In this document: piece by piece, positions 28,640 to 38,081 of the stretch
How the letters are laid out: every line of letters starts with the position of its first letter
Position numbering within the stretch: the first letter of the stretch is position 1
From: Candidatus Marinacidobacterium sp.
GTDB taxonomy: Bacteria; Acidobacteriota; Vicinamibacteria; Marinacidobacterales; Marinacidobacteraceae
DNA length: 64,000 nt
Assembly (NCBI GenBank): GCA_965204755.1
Contig: OZ242011.1
Location: 96,001-160,000 of the forward strand
Direction of reading: 5' to 3'
The notes under the pieces: generated by a model
What the model was told of the DNA's origin: nothing
Seen by the model: the letters and a program-made list of their open reading frames with translations, nothing else
Database searches by the model: none
Program-made: the position numbers and the translations under genes

Positions 28640-29506
28640 CCCGGCGGCCGGGGGAGGGCGGGAGGACGCCGCCCGGAGGTACACGCCCTCGGCCACTTTC
28701 GCGGAACTTCCTTCCACGATCTCGACGCACTCGCGGTAACTCCGCTCGAGGTTCCGCCGCCCCGAGTCGCTGAGCCGGAGGGCGCCCTCGGTCCGGAGCG
28801 GGGTGAAGAAGAGGGCGCCGACCCGCGGATGGTCCTTGAGCCGCTGCAGGGTCTTGCGGAACCCCAGGCGGCGGAGCGCGAGGGCGATCCCCTTGCCGAG
28901 GGCGGAGAACCACACCGCGCGGGCGTCCACCGCTTCGTTGGTCCGGTCCGTCGGGCGGATCTCCACCCGTTCCAGACCGCACCGCGCGATCAGCGCGGCC
29001 AGGACTTCCCGGGTCCGGTTCACGAGCGCCGGGAAGGCGATGACCATGAGGTCCGCCGGCAGTTCGTACAACTCCCGAAGGCGCTCCGGGGTCAACCGGT
29101 CGCGGAGCACCGCCTCTTCGAGCGCCCGGGGCCCGAGCAGCGCGGAGACCTCGCCCCGGCTGCGCCGGAACCGCATCATGGATTCGGCGCGGACCCCGTG
29201 GTGGCGGAGGAGCGCCACCACCAGGATCCGGACCCCCTCCTCCCGGATCCGGCCCAAGCCGGGAACGAGCGCCGGGTCGCGGTATCCGAGGTTCGCCACA
29301 TCGAGCAGCACCGTCCCCGGCCCCCCGGCGGCCGCGCGCGCCCGGTGGAAGGCGGCCGGCGAGCGGTAGTAGTAGCCCTCCTTGAGTTCCGGGGAGACCA
29401 TCGCCGGATGCGCCAGCAGGTTCCGGAAGAGGAACTCGCTGCCGGAGCGCCCCGGCCCGACGACGAGCAGGTAGTCGTACGCGGCGGAGGGAAGCCCCGG
29501 TTGCAT
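28598..29506 (-). CDS. Sulfotransferase-like P-loop protein
   Basis: LLVVGPGRSGSEFLFRNLLAHP..KEGYYY matches a sulfotransferase-like N-terminus. Start uncertain (29506 or 29596). Confidence 0.55.
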   Translation of the reverse strand: MQPGLPSAAYDYLLVVGPGRSGSEFLFRNLLAHPAMVSPELKEGYYYRSPAAFHRARAAAGGPGTVLLDVANLGYRDPALVPGLGRIREEGVRILVVALLRHHGVRAESMMRFRRSRGEVSALLGPRALEEAVLRDRLTPERLRELYELPADLMVIAFPALVNRTREVLAALIARCGLERVEIRPTDRTNEAVDARAVWFSALGKGIALALRRLGFRKTLQRLKDHPRVGALFFTPLRTEGALRLSDSGRRNLERSYRECVEIVEGSSAKVAEGVYLRAASSRPPPAAGSGGASADPAGASR

Positions 29507-29636
29507 CGCTCCGCTCGCCACGACCGTCTCCGGCTCTTCCTCCGCCCGCCGCCCGGTACGGTACTCCGCCGCGAATTCCCGCCCCCGGATTCCCAACCCG
29601 CGAATTCCCGGTCCCGCCCCCGGCGCTCCGGCCCGT

Positions 29637-31031
29637 TCAGCGCGCCTGCGTCACCTCGGCCGCCCGGAGTTCCCCGTCGTCGGCCCGACCCGGGAGCCGG
29701 CCGGCGGCGGCGAGTTCCCCGGCCACCGCGCGCGCCGCGGCCCGACCGTCCCGGATCGCGTAGTTGGTGCCGCGGTCTTCGGGATAGATCTGGGCCATGG
29801 TGGACAGGAACAGGTTCCCGAGCGGGGTCTTCCGCTCCGGGACCAGCCGGGCGTATCCGCGCTCGACCACCGGCTGGGCGTAGCGGGCGCGCCAGATGTG
29901 GGCGGCCAGGACGCTCTCGTCGGTCAGCGCGGGGAACATCCGGCGCAGGTGCTCCACGGTGAACGCCGCCACTTCTTCGTCGGGGCGGCGGTAGAGCGGT
30001 TCCTCCGCCGGCAGGTAGCGGGCGGCATAGACGATCCGCCTCCCGGAGTAAGTGGCCGCCGGTTCGAAGTTCGTGTGTTCGATGACCCCGACGAACGGGA
30101 AACCCGGATCGTTGACATTCAACCAGTAGAAGTCGGAGAGGCTGCGGTCGAGTTCGAGCACGACGCAGAGCGCCGCGAGGTAGCGGATGCGCCTCAGCCG
30201 CGCCGCGTACTCCGGAGAGACATGCGGCCCCACCAGGTCGGCGACGATCGGCAGCGCCGGCGTGGCGACCACCGCATCGGCGGGCAGGACGCCCGACGCC
30301 GTCTCGACCCCGGTGACCCGGCCGCCCTCGACCCGGAGTCCGGTAGCGGCGGCGCCGGTGCGCACTTCCCCCCCCTGCCCCCGCACCGAGTCCGCCACCG
30401 CATCGGCGAGGGCGGCGAACCCGCCCCGGAAGTAGGCGAGCCGCTCCTCCCCCCGACGCCCGCGGCTGCCGCCTCGCAACTTCAACTTGTTCCAGATCCA
30501 CACCGCGGCCACTTCGTCCGCGAGTTCGCCGAACTTCCCGCGGAGGAGCGGCTCCCAGACCACCCGGTACACCCGCTCGCCCCCCAGTTCGCGGAGCCAG
30601 TCGGCGGCGGTCCGGTCCTCGAGCGGCCGATGATCCCGCACCCACCGGGAGCGGAGGGTGAGCGCGCCGAGCCGCAGCCGGTCGAGGAACGGGAGCGCGG
30701 AGAACCGGAGCAGGTCGAGCGGCGTCGCCAGCCGGAAGAAGCGGTGCGCGAAGTAGGCCCCGGTGCGGGTGGCCCGGAGCAGCATGCGATCCGAAAGCCC
30801 CAGGTCTTCGACCAGCCGGGTGACTTCCCGGTCGCTGGCGAACCAGTGGTGGTAGAACTTCTCCAACCGGGCGCCGCCGGCGAGGAAACTGCCGGCCAAC
30901 CCCCCGACCTCCGCGTCGCGCTCGAGAACCGTCGCCCGAATCCCCAGGCGCCCGAGTTCGTAAGCCGCCGCCAACCCGCCGAACCCCCCGCCGATGACCA
31001 CGACCCGCGGGCGGGAGGACGCGCCGCTCAT
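29637..31031 (-). CDS. FAD-dependent oxidoreductase (amine oxidase/protoporphyrinogen oxidase-like)
   Basis: VVVIGGGFGGLAAA, E..VGGLAGS, LEKFYHHWF, IEHTNF, QIYPEDRGTNYA. Start ATG 31031. Confidence 0.9.
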   Translation of the reverse strand: MSGASSRPRVVVIGGGFGGLAAAYELGRLGIRATVLERDAEVGGLAGSFLAGGARLEKFYHHWFASDREVTRLVEDLGLSDRMLLRATRTGAYFAHRFFRLATPLDLLRFSALPFLDRLRLGALTLRSRWVRDHRPLEDRTAADWLRELGGERVYRVVWEPLLRGKFGELADEVAAVWIWNKLKLRGGSRGRRGEERLAYFRGGFAALADAVADSVRGQGGEVRTGAAATGLRVEGGRVTGVETASGVLPADAVVATPALPIVADLVGPHVSPEYAARLRRIRYLAALCVVLELDRSLSDFYWLNVNDPGFPFVGVIEHTNFEPAATYSGRRIVYAARYLPAEEPLYRRPDEEVAAFTVEHLRRMFPALTDESVLAAHIWRARYAQPVVERGYARLVPERKTPLGNLFLSTMAQIYPEDRGTNYAIRDGRAAARAVAGELAAAGRLPGRADDGELRAAEVTQAR

Positions 31032-31494
31032 CGTCTTCCGGAAAGGATATCCGCGCCCCCTCCGGGTCCTGCCGCCGCTCCTTCTCCTCCCGCCCGGACC
31101 GCCCCACCGCCCGAAAATCGGCGGCTGCATCGCTGGCGGCGTCGGTGGCCCGCCCGGGCCGCAGCCCCTCGCAACGCCCGACCGGAAGGCCCGCGCGCCC
31201 GGCCGGCCGGGGCGACCCCGCGACCGGGCCGAGAGCCGGGATTTCCGAGCGCTTCCCCGCCATCGCTGCCCGTTGCCCGGGCCGCCCCGCCTCGCGGACC
31301 GCGCGCTGGACTCTTTGGTTTGCACGGTCAGTTACGAAGATGGCGATGAGACACCCACCGGGAAGATCGGGAACGGTCATCCGACCCTCGCGCCGGTCGG
31401 TCCGGGGAGTCCTTGGGCGCTCGGCGCCAGGTCTCGACCCGACGGGCGGCCGCGCATCGGCCGCCACCGACCGGCGCCCCCGAAAGCCGCTGCC

Positions 31495-31866
31495 GTGGCG
31501 CGCCTGACGCTCGTCATCGCGTTGCTCGGCGCCACTGCCGGTATGGCCGGCATCCTGCTCTACTTCAGCACGATTCCGTTGCAGAGCGTCGTGCGGGGCG
31601 ACGAACTGGAATTCATTCTCGACCGCCTCGGACTCCAACTCTGGGTCCTGGAAAACATCCTGGTCATCACGGCGCTCGTCTTCGCCATCATCGGCGTTAT
31701 CGGCTACCAGGCCATAAAGGACGAGGCAACCAAACAGGCGGTCGGACAGGCGGAAAAGCAAGTCCGCGAATATCTGAACACGCACGCCGAAGACCACCGC
31801 GGTTCGGATACCGGCCAGCGAGCGCGCGGTGTGAAACAGCACGACGAGGAGGCTCCCGATGAATGA
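31495..31866 (+). CDS. Small two-TM hypothetical protein
   Basis: VARLTLVIALLGATAGMAGILLYF..NILVITALVFAIIGVIGYQAIKDEATKQ. Lower GC. Overlaps the downstream gene by 8 bp. Confidence 0.7.
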   Translation: MARLTLVIALLGATAGMAGILLYFSTIPLQSVVRGDELEFILDRLGLQLWVLENILVITALVFAIIGVIGYQAIKDEATKQAVGQAEKQVREYLNTHAEDHRGSDTGQRARGVKQHDEEAPDE

Positions 31867-32347
31867 GAACGGCAGTTTCATGGAGATCATCCGGCGCCAC
31901 CAGCAAGAGCCCCCGGTACCGGTGTCCCGCATCGCCCACGATCTCGGACTCAAGGTGTATCGGTCCAGCGGGTGGCCGGACAGCATCTCCGGAATGATCC
32001 GGAAGGATCCCGAGCGGGGCGGGCCCAGCGGGTACGCCGTGTTCGCCAACGCCGATCACGCAAGGACACGGCGGCGGTTCACGATCGCCCACGAGATCGG
32101 ACACTTCGTTCTCCATCGCGACCTGATCGGGGACGGGATCACCGACGACGCCCTCTACCGGAGCCGGCTGCGAGGGGGCCTCGAGGCGGCGGCGAACCGC
32201 TTTGCGGCGGGCGTGCTCATGCCCTGGGACCTGATCCGGCAAGCCGTCGAGTCCGGAACGGACGGCATCGAAGCGCTCGCCGAGTTGTTCGCCGTGTCCC
32301 GAAGCGCCATGGCGATTCGTTTCGGCGCCCCGTTCGAGACCGACTGA
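31859..32347 (+). CDS. ImmA/IrrE-family zinc metallo-endopeptidase (no HTH)
   Basis: ISGMI, RRRFTIAHEIGH (HExxH), EAAANRFAAGVLMP, F.VS..AM..R. Confidence 0.9.
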   Translation: MNENGSFMEIIRRHQQEPPVPVSRIAHDLGLKVYRSSGWPDSISGMIRKDPERGGPSGYAVFANADHARTRRRFTIAHEIGHFVLHRDLIGDGITDDALYRSRLRGGLEAAANRFAAGVLMPWDLIRQAVESGTDGIEALAELFAVSRSAMAIRFGAPFETD

Positions 32348-32416
32348 CGCGGGGCGCCGCCGCCGGCCCGCCGGTCGCGCCTCCCGCCGTTTTCCGTTAC
32401 CGGAACGCAGGGAGAG

Positions 32417-34276
32417 TCAACTCCGCCGACCGGCGCCTCCCGCCGACCGGCCGGTTCGGAGGAAGCGGCCGAAAGCGCCGGCCACGAGCGCGATCTCGTC
32501 GTCCACGACCTTTTGGCCGGCGCCGTCCAGCCGTTCGCGGCCGTCGGGTTCCCGCAGGAAGATCGCCTTCGCCCGTTTGTCGCGGCCGGAAGTGCGCGGC
32601 CGAGCCATGAAGACTTCGTAGTCCCGGCGGGGCGGCCCGTCGGTCTCTCGATGTCGCTGGAGCAGGAGAAGACTCGGGTTGTTCACGCCGCCGCCGGCGG
32701 CGAAGGTCGTCTTGGGCAAGTCCACCGAGGCGATCAACCGCGATCTCTCGAGGACCCACGACCGGAGATATCGAAGTCCGGGGTTGTTCAGGATGCCGTC
32801 GGGAAGGACGATCACCAGGTAACCGCCCGGTTTCACGAATCGGAGCGCCGTCTCCACGAACAACCGCTCCGCCGGCATGGAGGATCGGGGCTTCGCCGCC
32901 TCCCAACCGGGCAGTTCGTACTGGCTCAGGACATGGGTGTCGTCGATCGTGGCGCGCCCCCCGAAGGGCGGATTCGTCAGGAGGACATCGATCTCCCCGT
33001 AGGGAATCCGCTGGCGCGCCTGATCGCTCCACTCGCCGGGCCGGCGCGCGGAGTCCACCCGGAAGACATTGGGCGAGCCGTCACCGTGGAGCACCAGGTT
33101 CATCTGGCAGGCGCGCACCAGATTGGGGTTGATGTCCAGACCGAACAGGTTGGTGTCGCACACCCGCCGCACTCTTGCGCGCGCTCGCTCCTCGGGAGAA
33201 GTGTCTCTCGTGGGACGGGAAGTCTCCTGCCGGAGGAGCGCGCGGCGCAGGTTGCTCAGCCACGACACCAGGAAGCCGCCCGTTCCGCAGCAACAGTCGA
33301 GGACCTTCAGGGAAGTCAGGTCCGTTTCCCGGTGGAGCGCCATCGCCATTCGGACCGCGAGATCACAGACATTCCGGGGAGTGAAATACTCCCCGCGATC
33401 TCCGCGCAGATTGGCGCCGACGAGTTCCTCGTAGGCGTCGCCCTTGACATCGGTATCCGTGTAGATCACGGAGAGATGCTGGAGTTCCGAAACCACATAC
33501 GCGGCCACATGGGGCTCGAGATCGATGCGCTCGGTATTCGAGAAGATGAAGGGATACCGTCCCCGAACCCGTGAGAACAGCGGCTGCAGACGCTCTTCCA
33601 TGAGCCGGCGCCGGCCGCTGGTCTGGCTGCGCTCGCGCGGATCCACCGCGAATCGGAGCGGCCCGACGGATTCCTCTTCGTCGAAGGTCTTGCAGAAGAT
33701 CAACTTGAGGAGTTCGTGGAATGCCTCGGCCTTCTGGATCCCGGCGTTGGCGTAGATGTAGTTGTGGCAACGCCGGAACACCGACTTCAGTTCCCGCGCC
33801 GGGGCGAGCGTGGCGTGAGTGGGAAGAGTCGGCCGGTCGGCGCCGAACCGCGGAATGTCCGCAACCTCCTCGAACCTGCCGGAAGCCAACTCGAAGGCGC
33901 GGCGCTCCTGTCCCACCCAGAGCCCGAAACGGCAACTGGAACAGGCGGCCATGTAACTCTTGAGTTGCTCCTCGCCGGCCTGGCCGTCGGACGGCTTGCG
34001 GTCGTCCCGCTTCGCCTCGACGATGACCAGGATGTTCTCCTGCGTCCGGGGCGCGCCGGAGCGGTACACGGCGAGGTCGGCGCGCTTGAGCGCCCGGCCC
34101 AGTCGAATGGGAACCTCGATGCCGAGATCGGCCTTACGGAAACCGTAGTCCTCTACGAGACTCCGGCCCCATCGCTGGCGAACATGCTCCTCCGGCGTGT
34201 CCTGTCGGAGCCCACCGGTGAGGTAACAGCGGATGTAACCAGGAGGGATCGGCGCGTTCGCCGGAGAATCGGTCAT
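32417..34276 (-). CDS. Restriction-modification fusion: HsdR-N-type PD-(D/E)xK domain + N6-adenine methyltransferase
   Basis: TPEEHVRQ, RADL, IVEAK, QLKSY, then GEYFTPRNV, VLDCCCGTGGF (motif I), TNPPFG (motif IV), VLPDGILNNP. Confidence 0.9.
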   Translation of the reverse strand: MTDSPANAPIPPGYIRCYLTGGLRQDTPEEHVRQRWGRSLVEDYGFRKADLGIEVPIRLGRALKRADLAVYRSGAPRTQENILVIVEAKRDDRKPSDGQAGEEQLKSYMAACSSCRFGLWVGQERRAFELASGRFEEVADIPRFGADRPTLPTHATLAPARELKSVFRRCHNYIYANAGIQKAEAFHELLKLIFCKTFDEEESVGPLRFAVDPRERSQTSGRRRLMEERLQPLFSRVRGRYPFIFSNTERIDLEPHVAAYVVSELQHLSVIYTDTDVKGDAYEELVGANLRGDRGEYFTPRNVCDLAVRMAMALHRETDLTSLKVLDCCCGTGGFLVSWLSNLRRALLRQETSRPTRDTSPEERARARVRRVCDTNLFGLDINPNLVRACQMNLVLHGDGSPNVFRVDSARRPGEWSDQARQRIPYGEIDVLLTNPPFGGRATIDDTHVLSQYELPGWEAAKPRSSMPAERLFVETALRFVKPGGYLVIVLPDGILNNPGLRYLRSWVLERSRLIASVDLPKTTFAAGGGVNNPSLLLLQRHRETDGPPRRDYEVFMARPRTSGRDKRAKAIFLREPDGRERLDGAGQKVVDDEIALVAGAFGRFLRTGRSAGGAGRRS

Positions 34277-34578
34277 GGCCCGGTCCCCGAGGAGGCGCCG
34301 GACGGCTCGCGGGTCGCCGGGAACAGGGTCGGGCCGCTGCCGGCCGAGGCGGTGTCCATGCTCGGAAGTCCGATGCCGGAACCCTACGCCGCGAGAGTGT
34401 CAGTTCCTGTCACCCGCTCCCGCCCCGGCGCGAAGCGCGGGGTTCTGCCCCGGCGCGTTCCCGGCCCGGACCTGGAGCGGGCGCGCCGGAGACCCCCTGC
34501 GGACCGGGACCGGCGGCCGTTCGCGCCCCGGAAGGGGAGGTTCCCGCGCCCTTCGTCGCGCGGTCGGGAGCCGCCCGG

Positions 34579-37500
34579 TTACCGGGACGGGGGGAGGGGC
34601 GCTTCTACCGACCAGAGGCGTTCCCCGCCGGGGAGGAACTGGCCGGCCCGGAGGCGCCCCCCGCCGGACCCCGGCAGCGGCGCGCTCGCGAGGCAGCGAC
34701 CTTCGTGGAGGAGGCCGGAGTCGGCGAAGGCGAAATCGAGGTTGAGGAAACCGTGTTCCCGGCGCTCGACCGGCAGGGTTGCTTCCTCTTCCGGGTAGAG
34801 GTGCAGGAAGAACTTCGCCTCCACATCGCCGGCCGAGCAGGAGGCCCGGTAGAACAGCGCCTCGGAGCCCTCGAAGTAGAGGTCGAAAGCGGAGCGGGCG
34901 GCCGGGGAGCCGAAGCCGCCGGAGGCGATGGATTCGAGACGCGCCTCGAGGAGGCGTCTTGCGGGCCACAGGTCGGTCCGCCAGGTCGGCGGCCTCCCGG
35001 CGGCGAACTGACCCGTTGCGATCCGATGGATCCCGACCGCCGGCAACGGGACCATGGCCAGGCACTTTCCGTCCAGGAGCACGCCGTACTCGGGGAAATC
35101 GAAATCCCGGTTCTCCAGGGCCGGCTCGCGCGAAGCGGCCGCGCCCGCCTCGACCGGAGGCCCGTGGAGATGGAGGAAGAAACGCTCCTCCACATCGCGG
35201 GCCGCGCACGGTTCGCGGACATAGCGGAGTTCGTCGCCGGCGAGATGGAGATCGAAGGCCTCCCGCGCCGCCGGCTCGCCCCATTCCCCGCGCTCCAGGG
35301 AGCGGAGGGCAGCCCGGTGGCGCGATCGGTCGAGCACCGCCGCGGCCCGCCACGAAGTCGTTTCGCTCCACTGGCCGGTCTCGAACCGGGAGTAACCCTC
35401 CGTGGGCACCGGGACGATCGCCAGGCACCTTCCGTCTTCGACGATGCCGTGGTCGTCGAAGTCGAAATGGCGGAGGTCGAACTCGTCCTCGCCGACCGGG
35501 CCGGAACCGCCGCCCGGGGCCGGGTGGAGACGGAGGAAGAACTGCGCTTCGAGATCTTCCGGCCCGCACGGCGCCCGGTAGTAGCGGAGACTTCCCTCCT
35601 CCGGATCCGGATCGAGATACAGGTCGAAGCCGGAACGGACCGCCGGCGGCCCGGCGCGGCCGGAAGTGATCGCGTCCAGGGCCGCCCGGTAGGAAGCGAG
35701 GTCGAGACGCCACCGCGCCTCCCACAGCGGCGCCTCTCCGGGGAACCGTTGGCCGGTGGACACGAGGCCGAAGTCCCCCGGCGGTACGGGAACCCTCGCC
35801 GCGCACTCCCCGTCCACCAGCGCGCCGTACTCGGGGAAATCGAAGTCCCGGGCGACGGTGCGCCGTCCGGCGGCGTCCGCTGCCTGGAAGCGGAGGAAGA
35901 ACCTCGCCTCGAGGTCCGCCGCCGAGCATTCGGTTCGCCGGTAGAACACGGCGCTTCCCCGATGGCGCAGATCGAACCGGGAGCGAACCGCGGGCGCCCC
36001 GGCGCCGTCGTCGAACACGGATTCGTACTCCGCGAGACGGCTTCGGTTCTCCGCGGCGACGACCTCGCCCAAGTTCGGAATCAGGAAGAGGTCTTCCTTC
36101 CCCCCGGAGACGACGCGTTCCGGTCGCAGGCCCGGGGCCGCGCGGCGAAACGCATCCACCAACACTTTCCGGTCACCCGTGTGGGAATGGATCACCCAGG
36201 CCCGGTCGGGGGGCCGTATCCGGGATCGGGCGACCTGCCACGCTTCCCGCGCGCAGTCGAAGAACCCGCGGTAACAGCCGTTCCTCCCGAAGACCAGCCC
36301 CTTCGGCGGGTCGTCCGCGTAGAACCGGACCGGCGGCGCCGCGGCGCCGGAGGCATAGACCAGGTCACCGTCCCTCGCCCGTCCGGCCAGTTCGGCCAGG
36401 ATCTCCTCCATGTTGCCGCCGGCGCCGAACGGCCTCGTTCGCGCGACTTCCGCCGCTCCGGCCCAGACGCCCCCGGCGAGCGCCGCCGTCGCCAGACCGC
36501 GGGCCGCCGGTCTCCGGCCGACCCGGGCGGCCGCGGCGTCGGCGAACCGGCCCCAGACCCACGCCGCGACGGTGAAGACCACCGGTCCCAGGTAGGTGTT
36601 CTGGCGGAGGCTGCCCAGCGGATACGCCCCCGCCAGCGCCGCCGCCGCCGCGATGAGCAGCGAGACCGCCAGCACCGTCGGCAAGACCCGGCCCGCGAGA
36701 TCGAGAGGTCGGTCCGCCGCCTCCGCCGGCGCCGCAGGGCGCGAGGCGAACCTTCGCGCGAGACCGGAGGCGACCAGCAGCGCGGCGGCCAACGCGGTGG
36801 CCGAAGCGAAAGGCCCCGTCAGGTGGTGGGCCAGCGTCTCCCAAACCTTCGATCCGGCGAACTCCATCGCCGCCGGGACATCCCACCGATCGCCGCGGTA
36901 ATAGCCCCGCAACAGATGTCCCATCGTGATGGACCCGTCCTCCAGTTGCCCGCGAAGAGTGGCGAACCAACTCCCGGCGCAGGCCGCGGCGTACGCCGCC
37001 GCAGCCGGAACGACCGATCGGAATCGCGCGCGAAGCGCGCCGCGAAAGCCTCCGCCTCGGGCTGAGGGACCGGTCGGCGACCGACTGCCGGATCCGCCCC
37101 CGAACAGGAACGCCGCGGCGAGGACCGCCCCGCCGAACAGGACGAGGCCGTACTGGACGAACGGGCCCAGGAACAGGGCCAGCGGCAGCAGCACCTTCCC
37201 CCCGCCCCCGAGATGCCGCAGCAGCCCCACCAGCAGCAGCGCGGCGACCAGCGCGTCCAGCGAGTACTCGCGGACGCCGTGCGCCTCCGCGACGGCGGCG
37301 GCGGAAACCGCGGCCAGCGCCCCCGCGAACAGCGCCGTCCGCCGCCCCGCCCCGGCGCCCGGCAGGAGGAAGAGCAGCACCGCCACCGTCGCCGCGCTCC
37401 CGAGCGCCGGCAGGAGCCGGACGCTGAAGTTGGAGATCTCGACCTTCTGCACCACCCAGAGCGCGAGCGGATACAGGATCGGCGAAGTGTTGAAGGCCCG

Positions 37501-37731
37501 GGTCCGATCGACGGTCTCCGCGAACGACCCTTGGGCGTTCAGCGCCGCGACCGCTTCGTCGTACCAGAGCGAATCCCCGGACAGGTCGTAGAAGCGGAGC
37601 GCCGCCGCGCCGAACAGGACGACGAGCGCCGCGGTCCGGTAGAAGCGGTGGCGCGGCCCGTTCCCGGCCCCGGGGCGGCCGCCGCCCCCGGGACCGCCGC
37701 CGCTCACGCGGCGAAAGCGGGACCGAGACAC
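34579..37731 (-). CDS. GT-C (PMT/GT39-like) membrane protein with four tandem two-Cys repeat domains
   Basis: LRFYDLSGDSLWYDEAV, SPILYPL, VRLLP, VREYSL, followed by four FDL..YR..C..FFL..DFDF..G..C...GQ..W repeats (~35990-34610). Confidence 0.85.
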   Translation of the reverse strand: MSRSRFRRVSGGGPGGGGRPGAGNGPRHRFYRTAALVVLFGAAALRFYDLSGDSLWYDEAVAALNAQGSFAETVDRTRAFNTSPILYPLALWVVQKVEISNFSVRLLPALGSAATVAVLLFLLPGAGAGRRTALFAGALAAVSAAAVAEAHGVREYSLDALVAALLLVGLLRHLGGGGKVLLPLALFLGPFVQYGLVLFGGAVLAAAFLFGGGSGSRSPTGPSARGGGFRGALRARFRSVVPAAAAYAAACAGSWFATLRGQLEDGSITMGHLLRGYYRGDRWDVPAAMEFAGSKVWETLAHHLTGPFASATALAAALLVASGLARRFASRPAAPAEAADRPLDLAGRVLPTVLAVSLLIAAAAALAGAYPLGSLRQNTYLGPVVFTVAAWVWGRFADAAAARVGRRPAARGLATAALAGGVWAGAAEVARTRPFGAGGNMEEILAELAGRARDGDLVYASGAAAPPVRFYADDPPKGLVFGRNGCYRGFFDCAREAWQVARSRIRPPDRAWVIHSHTGDRKVLVDAFRRAAPGLRPERVVSGGKEDLFLIPNLGEVVAAENRSRLAEYESVFDDGAGAPAVRSRFDLRHRGSAVFYRRTECSAADLEARFFLRFQAADAAGRRTVARDFDFPEYGALVDGECAARVPVPPGDFGLVSTGQRFPGEAPLWEARWRLDLASYRAALDAITSGRAGPPAVRSGFDLYLDPDPEEGSLRYYRAPCGPEDLEAQFFLRLHPAPGGGSGPVGEDEFDLRHFDFDDHGIVEDGRCLAIVPVPTEGYSRFETGQWSETTSWRAAAVLDRSRHRAALRSLERGEWGEPAAREAFDLHLAGDELRYVREPCAARDVEERFFLHLHGPPVEAGAAASREPALENRDFDFPEYGVLLDGKCLAMVPLPAVGIHRIATGQFAAGRPPTWRTDLWPARRLLEARLESIASGGFGSPAARSAFDLYFEGSEALFYRASCSAGDVEAKFFLHLYPEEEATLPVERREHGFLNLDFAFADSGLLHEGRCLASAPLPGSGGGRLRAGQFLPGGERLWSVEAPLPPSR

Positions 37732-37849
37732 TCCGGCAGGCTTCGTTCTACGGCGCCGACGCAGCGTGAGCCGTTCGGGAAACCGCTCCGGTCAACGGGC
37801 GGAAGCGACGAAGTATCCGGGCGCGGAACCGGCGGATCGGGTTGCGCGA

Positions 37850-38081
37850 CCCGGATCGGCTCGAACACGCCGAGCGCGGCCGCCGCGAGGAGCAGCGGGT
37901 AGAGGGGAGGCTGTTCCGCGTAAGCGCTCAAGTCGTCGTTCCGGAACCCTTGGCCCTCCGGCAGGTGCTCCGCCACCGCGAAGTATTCGATGGAATCGAG
38001 CGCGCCGCCGAGAGCGGCCAACCCGAGCAGGGCCAGCCCGAATCGGCCCCGGCGCCGGCGGTCGCGAGCGCGTCCCCTCAC
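37850..38081 (-). pseudogene. Truncated 5' remnant of a GT-C-like paralog
   Basis: GTG 38081 overlaps the upstream TGA. RFGLALLGLAALGGAL-DSIEYFAVAEHL..PPLYPLLLAAAALGVFEPIRVA matches the start of 38078-41569 but has an internal deletion and loses similarity abruptly. Confidence 0.75.
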
